Shown here: one piece after another, positions 39,803 to 52,421 of the stretch | How positions within the stretch are numbered: position 1 is the stretch's first letter | Layout of the letters: each line of letters starts with the position of its first letter | Source: Haliotis rufescens | Taxonomy: Eukaryota | Length of the DNA: 64,000 nt | Direction: 5' to 3' | Assembly (NCBI RefSeq): GCF_023055435.1 | Contig: NW_025963791.1 | Location: 8,308,001 to 8,372,000, forward strand | Position numbers and translations under genes: made by a program | Notes under the pieces: generated by a model | Databases searched by the model: none | Told to the model about the DNA's origin: nothing | The model's input: only the letters and a program-made list of their open reading frames with translations

Positions 39803-39889
39803 TTTGGCGTTGATAAGAATCACACACACAAGGAGGAGTAGCTCTAGAACAGCTGACGCGGTCTTAACCCTAGGGTAGAGTTTGGCCAT
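39803..39889 (-). CDS. First coding exon of a secreted or membrane protein (MAKLYPRVKTASAVLELLLLVCVILINAK)
   Basis: ATG in good context (ggtATGG), basic N-region plus hydrophobic core typical of a signal peptide, phase-0 consensus donor |gtaagt; CpG-rich upstream region with CCAAT at 40276-40280. Confidence 0.65.
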
Positions 39890-41417
39890 ACCAAGACGGC
39901 GACACAATAAGTTTACAGTAGTGGACCCACGGGTCGGTAGATGGAGGCGTTCATGCGGTCGTCACCAACAGTCTTGGATACAAGAACACTGGGTGTACTA
40001 CCCGCTATATATCCGAACCGATTCCACTTGAACGCCGGCATATATATTTTTGAATTGTCAAACTGTAAGTAGTTTATGCTCCCTCCTTGGTGCAGTAATC
40101 CATGTGGGTGGATCGGCAGGTATTTGGGGGTCCGACCGAGAGCCGGACCCCACCAAATTACGATCATAAATTGTCAACATTGACCCCCAATGACTGTTGT
40201 GAAGTACTGTAGACGGTCCTCAATCCATACCCCGACTGTGAACTCGAACTGTTGGGAATACCGCTCCGAGTCTGACCAATCGCGTCGCAGCTGAGATCAC
40301 TTCCCTCTCTGTTGTGACGAAGTAAGGGAACAGTTCACAGCGTGTGCTGTTCTCCCGCGGCCGAGAGCGTGTGCTGTGTTTACTGAAAAGAGACGCATCG
40401 AACGATTGAGTCCATGTATCTGGGTTATTAATATGTGCAGCGTCGACTAGCGACTTATGTCACTAAGCTGCGATCGGCACACGCCATGCAAATTCATGAT
40501 GCAAAGTTTGTTTGCTTACACGGGGCGTGGTTGTTTAGTCAGGCGATATATGCAGCCTCGCGTCCGCTAACAGTTGGAGCCTGAGCGGCAAGTCTGTCCA
40601 ACGAATGTGAATTCATACGGCTTGAGTTTAACCATCAGTCAGCCATCAGTTCGACCATACAGCAAGCCAAATGTGCCAGGCAAGCACGGGGCTAATATCT
40701 AATTCATAATGGGTGTAACAGCATATTTGAGAGGTGGGCTGTCGGAAAAGACGAGATTAATGTCAAGAGCGTCAATTCATCATAACATGGCACATATGTG
40801 TGTACACCCACTTTGTGGTTGCCCAGCGACCAAGTCCCGTCACGGCTGTAGAAGCGCCTTTAAAAGTGACGTGACTTGTCCCCCAAGCTACACACACTGG
40901 GATTTCTATCGATATCCATCAGATCGTAGTTTGAATGGGATGAGGAGACGAGAAAGGCAGCTCATTCTGATGATTAGCGTTAGTTATCGGACATATATTA
41001 TGTCGAAGAAGATTGTTTCATTTACGCGTCAAACATTGCGTGGCTGATAAAAAGAGCATGCAAGTATGCAAGTATACATTTAGTAATTTAATTAATTCAC
41101 AAATCGGCAACATTGGAAGAGATGTAAATTTTCTCTGACAATGCGTCGAAATTGTACACAATTTGTTTTTTAATAATACGCCAGTCTGCAATGTTTTGTT
41201 TTGAATCAAAAACGAAGATGTGCCAAATATGTGAATTTGGACAACATTCGTGAAAGTTGATCCCACAACTAATTTTGACAGTGATTCCATCAATATTGCC
41301 AACGTGGGTGAATGCTGTTTTATGCCGCAGCTAGATGTAATTAGCCTGTAATTAAAGTGTCTCGGTGTATGAAACAATGGTTGATAGCATGAACCTGGTC
41401 AATATGGCTTTATATCC

Positions 41418-41630
41418 GTAGAATAGGTCTTCAGCAACCCATGCTTGCCGTAAAAGGCGACTATGCTTGTCGTATGAGGCGACTGACGGGATCGGGTGGT
41501 CAGGCTCGTAGACTTGGTTGATGAATGTCATCGTATCCCAATTGCGTCGATCGATGTTTATGCTATCAATCACTGGATTGTCTGGTCCCGACTAGACCAT
41601 TTAGAGACCGCTGTCATATACCTGGAAACT
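41418..41630 (+). mobile_element. SINE family C, 5'-truncated
   Basis: Starts at GTAGAATAGGTCTTCAGC; its upstream flank is duplicated at 45636-45845. Confidence 0.85.
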
Positions 41631-41819
41631 CTTAACAAATAGCATGAACACTTATTGGGTATGCGTGTTCCGCATGGTTAGAAATATGCTGCGTGGCTGT
41701 GACCTTGACCTTGGCATTAAAAGATTTCGCAACCTATCTCGAAGTATGGATTATTGTAAAGTAGGATCATTTAAGTGTGTTCGGAAAGTATCCGCTTTCT
41801 GAAAACGTCCCCGTTGATC

Positions 41820-42060
41820 ACCCTTTCACTCGTCTAGGGCGCCGCAATTTGGTGTGCAGAGTTGCTTCCCTTAGGCGGGACAGAAACCTAGGACTGTGCG
41901 TTCGAACTCCGGGTCGCGCTGATGGGGTTCTTGGTTTATCAGCACCATATCCGTGTACGTGGGTTTCACCAAAGTGGTAAGCCATCTGCATCACTCCGGG
42001 CTTTCCTCCCACATCAAGCTGACATGCCGTGATATAACTGGAATACTGTTTAAAGGGGCT
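41820..42060 (+). mobile_element. SINE family B, diverged
   Basis: Collinear with the family-B consensus. Confidence 0.75.
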
Positions 42061-43211
42061 TTGCGCCCCTCACACACTCTTCCTATCTGGCACCCGTGCC
42101 TGTATACGAGGCGGAGTCATTTGTACACGATATATCAAGAAACAAAAACATGAAAGTACATAATTTGACAATGCATTTATTTTACATTCACTTACCCATG
42201 GACTTTTCTCGAAGCACTTAAACTGGTGCAATTAAATAATAAACTCTCAATATTTCTATTTGTTTATTTCCAACGTCATTTTCAGTCATCACCCCTCTAA
42301 TCTCTGAGCATCAGCCTACATCATTTGGGAAACGATGACATGCATCAATCAAGTCAGCGAGCCTGACCACCCGACCCCGTTAGTCGCCTCTCACGACAAG
42401 CATGGGTTGCTGAAGACCAATTCTAACCCGGATCTTCACGGATGCGCGTGACATAAACTTGTCGGAGAAAATATGGTAATCTATGACGTGCATATATCTG
42501 TTATACAGCCTATGCTGAGAACAGGGCTCATATCGCTCCCTGAACATGGATGATGATGATGCGTTTTTCCTCACACGAGTCTTGCACCTGACACAGCAGA
42601 GTATCGTAAGGCCACAGTACTGAGTAGGCGGGGTTCATTTTATTTTTTATATTTCCTGAATTTTTAACCAACTGTTCAAGGCATCTGTGTATACATCAAC
42701 TGTCGACGTGATTCACGTGGGGCATGCTACACATAGGGGGTATTTCATCACGTAAACACAGAGGGCAAACATAGTGGTTTTCTTCGTCTGTAGGTACTTG
42801 GGGACACTCAGTGATGTGATGCGGACTGTTTGGTAGCTATGAGGGCGGATTGACAATCTAATAATTAATTTATGATGGCCTCAAGTCAGGGTTGCAACAG
42901 TTGTATTGTGAAATGACATCAGAATTTGATTTATAGATTGGGATCAGAATATAACTATGTTGTTGATCTTTAATTGTATTGAATGTTATTGATAATGGTG
43001 ACAATTGTTCCGAGCACGATGGTGGTGTTTTAAGAGTTGATGTTGATTACGGTAGTTGTGGTGGAGATGATTTTTATGGTGATGGCTATGATGATGATGA
43101 TGATGATTGAGTTTTGTTTTACGTCACTTTGAACAGTATTTCAGATAAGACATCAGGGCCACCCGTGCCCCCGATGAAGGTCATTATAATGATGATGAAG
43201 ATGATGATGGT

Positions 43212-43640
43212 GGTGGTGACGACGATGTCTGTTATAATTGTGATATTGATGATAGTAGTTGTAAAGTTAATGGTGGTAGTGGTGGTGACGATGATGTCTG
43301 TTATAATTGTGATATTGATGATAGTAGTTGTAAAGTTAATGGTGGTAGTGGTGGTGACGATGATGTCTGTTATAATTGTGATATTGATGATAGTAGTTGT
43401 AAAGTTAATGGTGGTAGTGGTGGTGACGATGATGTCTGTTATAATTGTGATATTGATGATAGTAGTTGTAAAGTTAATTGTGGTAGTGGTGGTGACAACG
43501 ATGTCTGTTATAATTGTGATATTGATGATAGTAGTTGTAAAGTTAATTGTGGTAGTGGTGGTGACGATGATGTCTGTTATAATTGTGATATTGATGATAG
43601 TAGTTGTAAAGTTAATTGTGGTAGTGGTGATGACGACGAT
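43212..43640. repeat. 69-bp minisatellite, ~6 units, inside a (GAT/GGT)n low-complexity tract (~43080-44165)
   Basis: Gives the 23-aa periodicity of ORF 43114-43758. Confidence 0.95.
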
Positions 43641-43933
43641 GTGGATGACAATGTTGTTGATCTTAGTGGCGGTGATGTTAAAGATGTGTAAGGGGATTTT
43701 GGGTGGTGATGATGATGATGTACTTTTGTACAGCGATAAGGGGGTGGGATGGGTATGATGATGATGATGATGAAGTTGGGGATGATGATGATGATGATGG
43801 TGATGGTGACGAAGATGGTGTTTTAATTGTGAATTTGATGGCAGTACCTGTGATGTTGATGATGATGGTGATGATGATGATGTACATTTGTACAGGGATA
43901 AGGGGGTGGGTGGGGGGATGGGGGATGGGGGGT

Positions 43934-43965
<32 letters not shown>

Positions 43966-44599
43966 GTTGGAGATGATAATGTTGATTATGATGACAATGA
44001 TGATGGTGACGGTGACGAAGATGGTGTTTTAATTTCGACTTTGATGGCAGTACCTGTGATGGTGATGATTATGATGACAATGATGGTGATGATGATGATG
44101 ATGATGGTGGTGATGATGATGATGACGATAATGAGTATGGTATGATGGGTATGATGATGATGTTAGTAATGTATAGCGCATCAAAATTGCTTCACACAAC
44201 GGTCACGTGGGACTGTATGGATACTGTTCATAGAGTCGCTCCATGGGTAGTTCATAGAAAAGGGATAGCGTCTTTAACCGTCAATATTACATTGTGTAAT
44301 GTCTGTCCAGGAAATACAAAGTAGCAAAGCTATGGCTACAGGATCTGCACTCAACATCTGTAATAAACCATGATCACTCTTATGATACGTACTCCAGCAT
44401 TGGGTAGCTGATGTTTAAGTCGTGTTCTAAACCTTTCATCACAAGGATGCTGTTTCTTAAGGTCGGGTTCCTGTTTTCCATGCAACCGGACCCTAAATAA
44501 ACAGCAGAGTGGTTTATGTCATGGTGTGCGTGGCGATCTAGTTACATTATAATCGGACAATACCATCTGCAGTCAGGAATCATATCCCCTATGTTATCG

Positions 44600-44602
<3 letters not shown>

Positions 44603-44669
<67 letters not shown>

Positions 44670-44934
44670 GGGTTTAACACCGCTTTTAACAGTATTCCAG
44701 TTGTATCGCGGCGTGTCAGCTTAATGTGGGAGAAAAGCCCGAAGTGATGCAGGTCTCAGACGTTTACCACTTTGGTGAAACCCACGAGCAAGGGTATGGT
44801 GCTGACAAACCTAGAAACATAATCGGGGCGAACCGGGATTCGAACCCACAATCATAGGTTTCTGGCGTGCCCAAGGGACGTAACTCTGCACAGCGAATCG
44901 CCGCGCCTTAGACGACTGGGCCACCCATGCCCCC
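44603..44934 (-). mobile_element. SINE family B whose (GAGT)n tail is replaced by (GA)n (44603-44667)
   Basis: Full head and body; pure GA tract at the tail position. Confidence 0.9.
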
Positions 44935-45582
44935 ATGTATTTTTGAGACCAATCTGGTGTACCCTGTCGAATGATTATCGAAAAGCTGAATCATGCAGAG
45001 ATTTCTTGAGGCTTCTTAGGAACTGGCCAGGCGGCATATGCAAATGCTCTATATGTAAATAATTTATGATACATGATTCTCCCCTGTGATGTCATTTTAG
45101 CTATTTTACTTTAAATATAATTTAGCTTCCTATGTTCATTTTATCATTTCATTTATATGATATATATTTTTTTCTCTGAGAGAGAGAAACATAATTGGGG
45201 TGAACCTGGATTCAAACCCGCGATCATCAAGTTTGTAGCGATCTAATGCAGAGAGACCTGGAGAGAGAGGTGCTTGTATACACAGATCAATGTCCCTGTT
45301 TTCGTCCCATGTTTCATGTTGAGGGATATGTGAATGTGCACATAGCTTCCCCGCCGCTCCCGTGAACGTTGTTCTTGTCGGAGCAACGACCTCAGATTAA
45401 CAAGTGACACTTGTACATAAATATATGGCCCGGATAGGCTTGGCCCATTCCGGAACTAATAATATCTCTCCATATGTCTACAGAAGGGAGACACAAGCTG
45501 CCCTTTTCTGTTCACCCAGTAACCGTTTAATAAAAAGTGATCGGTACTTTGTATGACATTATTAAGGGTACGGGCTACATTC

Positions 45583-46096
45583 GACCCGTGAAGATTCCGG
45601 GGTTGAATAGGTCTTCAGCAACCCATGCTTGCTGTAAAAACGAAGATGTGCCAAATATGTGAATTTGGACAACATTCGTGAAAGTTGATCACACAACTAA
45701 TTTTGACAGTGATTCCATCAATATTGCCAACGTGGGTGAATGCTGTTTTATGCCGCAGCTAGATGTAATTAGCCTGTAATTAAAGAGTCTCGGTGGAGTA
45801 AATAATGGTTGATAGGATGAACCTGGTCAATATGGCTTTATATCCGTAGAATAGGTCTTCAGCAACCCATGCTTGCCGTAAAAGGCTACTATGCTTGTCG
45901 TAAAAGGCGACTAACGGGATCGGGTGGTCAGGCTCGCTGACTTGGTTGATGCATGTAATCGATCCCAATTGCGTGGATCGATGCTCATGATATTAATCAC
46001 TGGATTGTCTGGTCCAGACTCGATTATTTACAGACCGCCGTCATATAGCTGGAATATTGCTGAGTGCGGCGTTAAACAACAAACCAACCAACCAAC
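45583..46096 (+). mobile_element. SINE family C interrupted by a 210-bp copy of 41208-41417
   Basis: Head 45583-45640, copied flank 45636-45845, SINE resumes at 45846 with part of the head repeated. Confidence 0.9.
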
Positions 46097-46530
46097 ATAT
46101 TTAGGTCTGTGGTAAGGGTTTGTGTGATGTTCACTGTCGTGGTCACTGTGTCTCTGGGCAAATTCCGCACGTTTAACTCGTGCAGAGTTTGCGAGTCGCA
46201 AATATGTCGGGCCTCAACAAAAACTTAAATAGCATTCTAGTCTCAAAGTACAATTTGAAAAAAAACAAAAAAAACTATTTTGATTATCAACACAACGAGT
46301 CAATTAAATGATATCTTGTCATTTTACGTGCGCTTTAATAAGTGTTACCTACACATCATAATTTTATTAATTTTATTAAATATATTTAAACATATTTACC
46401 AAAAATATTATTACCGATGAAAACTAAATTTAAGGAATGATATGTATATTTGTACAGAGTTAAATGACACTCCAGCATAATGTCGTTGTTGAAAATCAAA
46501 ACCTTGTAAAACTTTAAAAGATTTTAATTT

Positions 46531-46535
46531 ACACA

Positions 46536-46613
<78 letters not shown>
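46531..46613. repeat. (CA)n microsatellite
   Basis: Direct observation. Confidence 0.98.
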
Positions 46614-46616
<3 letters not shown>

Positions 46617-47252
46617 CTCGACAGAGAAAATTGTGTTTGATTACGCCTCCTATATATCAACAGCTGGGGTAAGCGGTATCCGTGTTAAGGGTAAGGCCAA
46701 GTACAGGGTGGTTCAACCGGGGGCACCTGCTCATGTCAAATACAACAAACAGTGGGTGAGGAATCTAAAGAGACGAGCCGATTGTAACCTCGAACGCAGA
46801 GGCCTATTTCCGATCACTCGAGTGTAGTAATGTGGTATTAGGCAGAGAGGATTGAATTCTGGGCGTATCCTCGTCTCTACAGTGTAAGTTTACAAGCAGG
46901 CTGCAAAGGTTTATTTGAATCTAATACACACAGGGATCTTGTTCCTACATTCGACGAAGCCTTTAGTCGTGGCGTATGTGTCTGACACGCACGTTCCCAA
47001 CACGCAGTGCAAAACAGATGGGGACCACGATCCCACAGCAGAAAACACGGAGACAAAGAGATTTGAATTCACTTCAGCTGGGTTTAATAAGCTATACTTA
47101 CCACCACATATTCAGTGCGCCTATGTGACGTTGTTTCTCAAGGAGGGGGGTCGCGTATTTAAATTAATGTCGAAGAGCAATGTTGAATCGACGTACGTCC
47201 AAGTACGTCCGTTTAATTTGTTGTTTATATGAACCTATAAGAACGAATTATT

Positions 47253-47284
<32 letters not shown>

Positions 47285-47620
47285 CGTCGTCCTCCTCATC
47301 ATAATTATCATTATTATTGTTCTTGATATTATTATTAACCTTCCGTTGTCTCGAACATGATAGTTGTTAGGTTTATAAATGTTCCTCCGTTGTCTAATTT
47401 GTGGAAAATGAATCGCTGTTTCCTAGAACTCTATTTCAAAGATACCATATATGAATAGCTCATGAACTATTGCCCTCGTTATAGCAGCTATGCTTATAAA
47501 TAATTAAAGTTGACTTAAATTGTCTTGATCAGTAAATATTCATATATACTATATAAAAGTTACATACCACCCGATTCTTTAATATTACATGACAGATTAA
47601 CTACATGTATAATAATATGA

Positions 47621-47908
47621 GTGAGTGAGTGAGTGAGTGAGTTGGGTTTTACGCCGCTTTTAACAGTATTCCAGTTATATCGCGGCGTGTCAGCTTAATG
47701 TGGGAGGAAAGCCCGAAGTGATGCAGGTCTCAGACGTTTACCACTTGGGTGAAACCCACGAGCACGGGTATGGTGCTGACAAACCTAGAAACATAATCGG
47801 GGCGAACCGGGATTCGAACCCACAATCATAGGTTTCTGGCATGCCCAAGGGACGCAACTCTGCACAGCGAATCGCGGCGCCTTAGACGACTGGGCCACCC
47901 GTGCCCCC
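47621..47908 (-). mobile_element. SINE family B, full length, young
   Basis: 13-bp TSD TATAATAATATGA at 47608-47620 and 47909-47921. Confidence 0.92.
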
Positions 47909-48395
47909 TATAATAATATGAAGAATCGGGTTGTCCTTAACATTTATTTAGCAACATCGATAACTATATATAGCCTTTCCAGAAGATCCATCCAGTGGAA
48001 CAAACATATCCAAGCAAGCAATTTACCACCCCACACCATTTATTTCATAGGATTCAAGCACAGCGTCTGAAATATGAATGGGGGAAACACTGCACGTTTC
48101 AACCATGCCTCGACTGGGCACGGTATGATCTAATCATATTGAAGTTAAGCCAGCGATCAAGTTCTTTGTGGAAATAAAGCTCATGGATGTTTTCATGCCA
48201 TATTCTTTTGTGAAGGCGGCTAAACACATCAACAACATTGCCGGAGCGAAGGATTACGAATAATTGAAATAACCGAACCTGTCTATAAAACAGATAAATG
48301 TTTTTTTCACTCTATATAAATGTCCAGATAAGCCGGCCCTTGCTGAGAATCACATCTATTTACAGTTAATGTTTTTGAATAACTACCACTACTAG

Positions 48396-48500
48396 TCTGG
48401 TCCGGACTCGATTATTTACAGACCGCCGTCATATAGCTGGAATATTGCTGAGTGCGGCGTAAACAACCAACCAACCAACCAACTACTACTACTACTACTG

Positions 48501-48551
<51 letters not shown>

Positions 48552-48791
48552 TCACTACCATTGCCACTACTACTGCTTAATGTGGGAGGAAAGCCCGAAG
48601 TGATGCAGGTCTCAGACGTTTACCACTTTGGTGAAACCCACGAGCACGGGTATGGTGCTGACAAACCTAGAAACATAATCGGGGCGAACCGGGATTCGAA
48701 CCCACAATCATAGGTTTCTGGCGTGCCCAAGGGACGCAACTCTGCACAGCGAATCGCGGCGCCTTAGACGACTGGGCCACCCGTTGCCCCC
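48396..48791. mobile_element. Family-C 3' fragment (+), (CTA)n tract and tail-less family-B SINE (-)
   Basis: 48396-48483 family-C tail; 48483-48574 (CTA)n; 48575-48791 family B. Confidence 0.85.
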
Positions 48792-49240
48792 TGTACTTTT
48801 GAGACCTATCTGGTGTACCCTGCCGAATGATTATCGAAAAGCTGAATCATGCAGAGATTTCTTGAGGCTTCTTAGGAACTGGTCAGGCGGCATATGCAAA
48901 TGCTCTATATGTAAATAATTTATGATACATGATTCTCCCCTGTGATGTCATTTTAGCTATTTTACTTTAAATATAATTTAGCTTCCTATGTTCATTTTAT
49001 CATTTCATTTATATGATATATTTTTTTTCTCTTAACCTGTTTTGTTGGAATAACATCTCTAGAAAGAATGTTATATTGTTACATGTAATAACCAACGTTA
49101 AATATTATTCTTGTATCTTGTATCCTATAGGTTGAATTATGATTAAATATATAATATAAATAATGGTGATGTTTTTGATATGATATCAAAGCCTTGATTT
49201 GCATCTTAAGTTAGAAGTGTTTCAGCGACTGTTTTCAGTC

Positions 49241-49418
49241 TACAGTAAACTACGGATATAACGAACTCAAAGGGACCACTAATTTTAGTTCTTAATAACC
49301 GTAGTTCGTCATAAGCATATATACAGCATATATGCAACAAATTGCCAGGACAAAAAAAAGGTTCGTTATATCGGTAAGTTCGTTATAAGCGTGTTCGTTA
49401 TAAACGTAGTTTACTGTA
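49241..49418. mobile_element. MITE, pogo/Tigger-like; same family as 23757-23935
   Basis: TACAGTAAACTACGG ... CGTAGTTTACTGTA. Confidence 0.85.
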
Positions 49419-49792
49419 GTTACATTTTGTTAACGTTTGTAATTATTTAGTCAAATACAATTTGTAAGTGTATACTTTCTTTTGATCGGCAGTTTAATAT
49501 CTTTAATTGGGCGACGAAAAACATACTATTTATTTCACAATCGATGCACTTATAACTCTCAAGTATCAGTACCTCTGCACTGTGAAGCATCAACGCCCTC
49601 GGGAGTACATATAAATCGACTTGACATACCAGCAAATACGGGGATGGGGCCTTCAGAGCAGTACTTAGCTGATCTTGACTTGCCTGTCCACCCAGTTATG
49701 ACCATTCTGATTGAGTTATGGTCGTAGATAGCTATCTGACATGTATGTCGCCATGTTGGTGGGTGTTACAGGGTCATTGGGTTAATCACTGC

Positions 49793-49971
49793 CACAGTGA
49801 AACCTCGCTACACCGGACGGTACAGTTTCCAGTGATCCCGTCCGGAAATTCAAGTTTTCGTATTAAGGAATCGTGGCTTAGAGTAACGTCTCTTTATTAA
49901 GATACAATATTACGTTCGTAGTAAATCGTCCAGAGAGACGGGGTTTCCGGATTAAAGAGGTTTTTACTGTA
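49793..49971. mobile_element. Diverged CAGT-terminus MITE
   Basis: CAGTGAAACCTC ... GAGGTTTTTACTGTA imperfect inverted ends. Confidence 0.6.
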
Positions 49972-50617
49972 CAACCGTCATTTAACCGTGTATTATTTTT
50001 TGTCTTAGGTGAGAGAAATAAAGACTTTTAGCCGAGTGTGTTTCCTTACCGTAAATATCATATTTTAGGATTAAAAGCTGTATAAGGCTAACTGCAGGCG
50101 AGCGTAATACATATGTTTTTATTCCCAATAAATGGCGTTACGATTCGGAAACATACGTAATAATCTCTTTATCGTATGACGTTCTTCTTAAAATAGTGGG
50201 TTTTAAGATGTAATTTCACTCAATGATGGAGCTGTAGAAACCGCGTATGAATACAATGTTTGAGTGAACCGCCCAGTGTGTCAAATAGTGCCAAATGACT
50301 TGCAGCCATGTCTACAGAATCAAGACACATGGGGAAACCCTATGTATTGGGAACTTTAGTCGATTGAGAAAAAAGGTCATTGCATCGGTGTATTGAGATT
50401 GAAGTAGTTCCTTCTGGCGATCTCATTTGTATATGTAACACTACCCATTATATGATACAGATAAGTGTTTTCTGGTCAATGTTTTTGTTTGTTTATTTGT
50501 TAGTTGTTTAACGCCACACACAGTAATATTCCAGCTATATGACGGCGGTCTGTAAATAACCGAGTCTGGACCAGACAACCCATCCAGTGATTGATATCAT
50601 GAGCATCGATTGTGAAC

Positions 50618-50781
50618 GAGTGAGTGAGTTTGATTTTACGCCGCTTTAGCAATATTCCAGCAATATCATGGCGGGGGAGCACCAGAAATGGGCTTCACAC
50701 ATTGTAGCCATGTTGGGAATCGAACCCGGGCTTTTGTCGTGGCGAGCGAACGCTTTAACTACTAGACTACCCCATCGCCCC
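50618..50781 (-). mobile_element. SINE family A, next to a family-C fragment (50484-50610, -)
   Basis: Matches the family-A consensus. Confidence 0.85.
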
Positions 50782-51023
50782 TGTTTTATGGTTACATAAC
50801 ATCGGATTTTGGTAACCGAGAAAGAATATGAAAGATAATTTTCCATGGTATGAAGTTTTTGTGTGTGCATAATCAGGGTGTTACATGTACATTTCTGATC
50901 TTTGTAGTAGCGGCGGTGTAGCCTACTAAACAAAGTGAGTGAGAGTGTTTCAACAGTATTCCAGTTATATCACGGCGTATCAGCTTAATGTGGGAGGAAA
51001 GCCTTAAGTGATGCAGGCCTAAG

Positions 51024-51379
51024 GTGAGGTGAGGTGAAATTAGGTTTAACGTCGCGTCCAAGATTATTGCACTTATATAGCGACGTGCATGCACGTGTAT
51101 GTGTGTGTGTGGCTGCTTGTACTAGTCCGGACTGATGCCGATTTATAGTGCTAGCTCATTGAGATACCATGCCGCAGTTTAACATGAATACCTCACTCAG
51201 ACACAGTATACTGACTCCGAGCCGACCAGTCCTTGTTTTAGCCCCTTAGTGCCGAGCGCCAGACAGGGTAACAACAAGTACAATCTTTTAACGTCTTTTT
51301 GTATGACGCGGCCCGGGATCGAACCCTGGACCTTCCGCTCTCCGGGCGGACGCTCTACCACAAGACCACGGAGGCGGTC
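51024..51379 (-). mobile_element. SINE family D nested in a family-B copy (~50935-51530)
   Basis: 14-bp TSD GATGCAGGCCTAAG (51010-51023, 51380-51393) made of family-B sequence. Confidence 0.92.
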
Positions 51380-52421
51380 GATGCAGGCCTAAGACATTTA
51401 CCACATTGGTGAAACATAATCGGGGCGACCCGGGATTCGAACCCGATAATAGATTTCTGGCGTGTCTACAAGGGACGCGACTCTCCACAGCGAATTGAGG
51501 CACCGTAGACGTCTCGACACCCGTGTCCCCTTACTTAAATAGCAATTTTAGGACTTCCACTTTCCGTGGAGCAATATTCCAGCAGCTCCAGCCTTTGGGG
51601 TCAACATGTCACACCGTTTGAGGTACAGTGGAACATAATCTTTCTTCGAAGATTTCAAAGAGCGTCATACTAGTCCTTCTCAAGGTTCCCAATCGTGTCA
51701 TGGTAAACGTCGGTTGGTTGGTTTGTTGTTTAACGCCGCACTCAGCAATATTCCAGCTATATGACGGCGGTCTGTAAATAATCGAATCTGGACCAGACAA
51801 TCCTGTGATTGACATCATGTCCAGTAAGAATGATTCCTTCTTTCAATATTGCTTCCATTTGAGATCCCGGGAAAGAATATGTTCCCAGTATCCCATGTTT
51901 GTCTACAGAGGACCGAGTGGTCAGGTTTGGTGTGGAAAGAACCGACTCAACTAAGAACTAGGCTGTTATACTTGTGTCAACGGATCTGAAAGGGGTGGAC
52001 CGTTGCTCATGCTTTCAGTCAGTGGTTTGTGACTCCATTATTTGGAATCCGCCGTGGCATTTAGGGATTGCTACCTAATGCGGTATAAAACACGATTTGC
52101 TCACTTACTGAAGCGTATTATGATTTGTCACAGTTTGCTGGAAACATTTCTATGAAAAATAAAAACGACCACTATATCTCATATCTTGTTCAATAGAATA
52201 TGTAAATAAATTTCAGCTGGTACAACTCGTGTTTCATTTCATTTCAGCAAAGGACAATATAATAGCTAGTTTTAAAACTACAGTATAAGCAAACTGTTAA
52301 GATCAAGGGCATATTTTATGAACGTTTTAAACAATTTGTTTTCATCGCATGTTCAATGAGCTTGTTCACGCAAACATTCCAACCCCTAATGCTTGCAGTG
52401 AACACGTCCGTGCATGAAATT

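Noticed and set aside
43114-44324. Long hydrophobic or Met/Asp-rich ORFs
   Set aside because: Translations of a 69-bp minisatellite and (GAT)n low-complexity DNA.
45924-46115. Recurrent small ORF ...GPDSIIYRPPSYSWNIAECGVKQQTN (also 7413, 15641, 27305, 51609, 55170, 56599)
   Set aside because: Incidental frame of the family-C consensus; start positions vary and many copies are disrupted.
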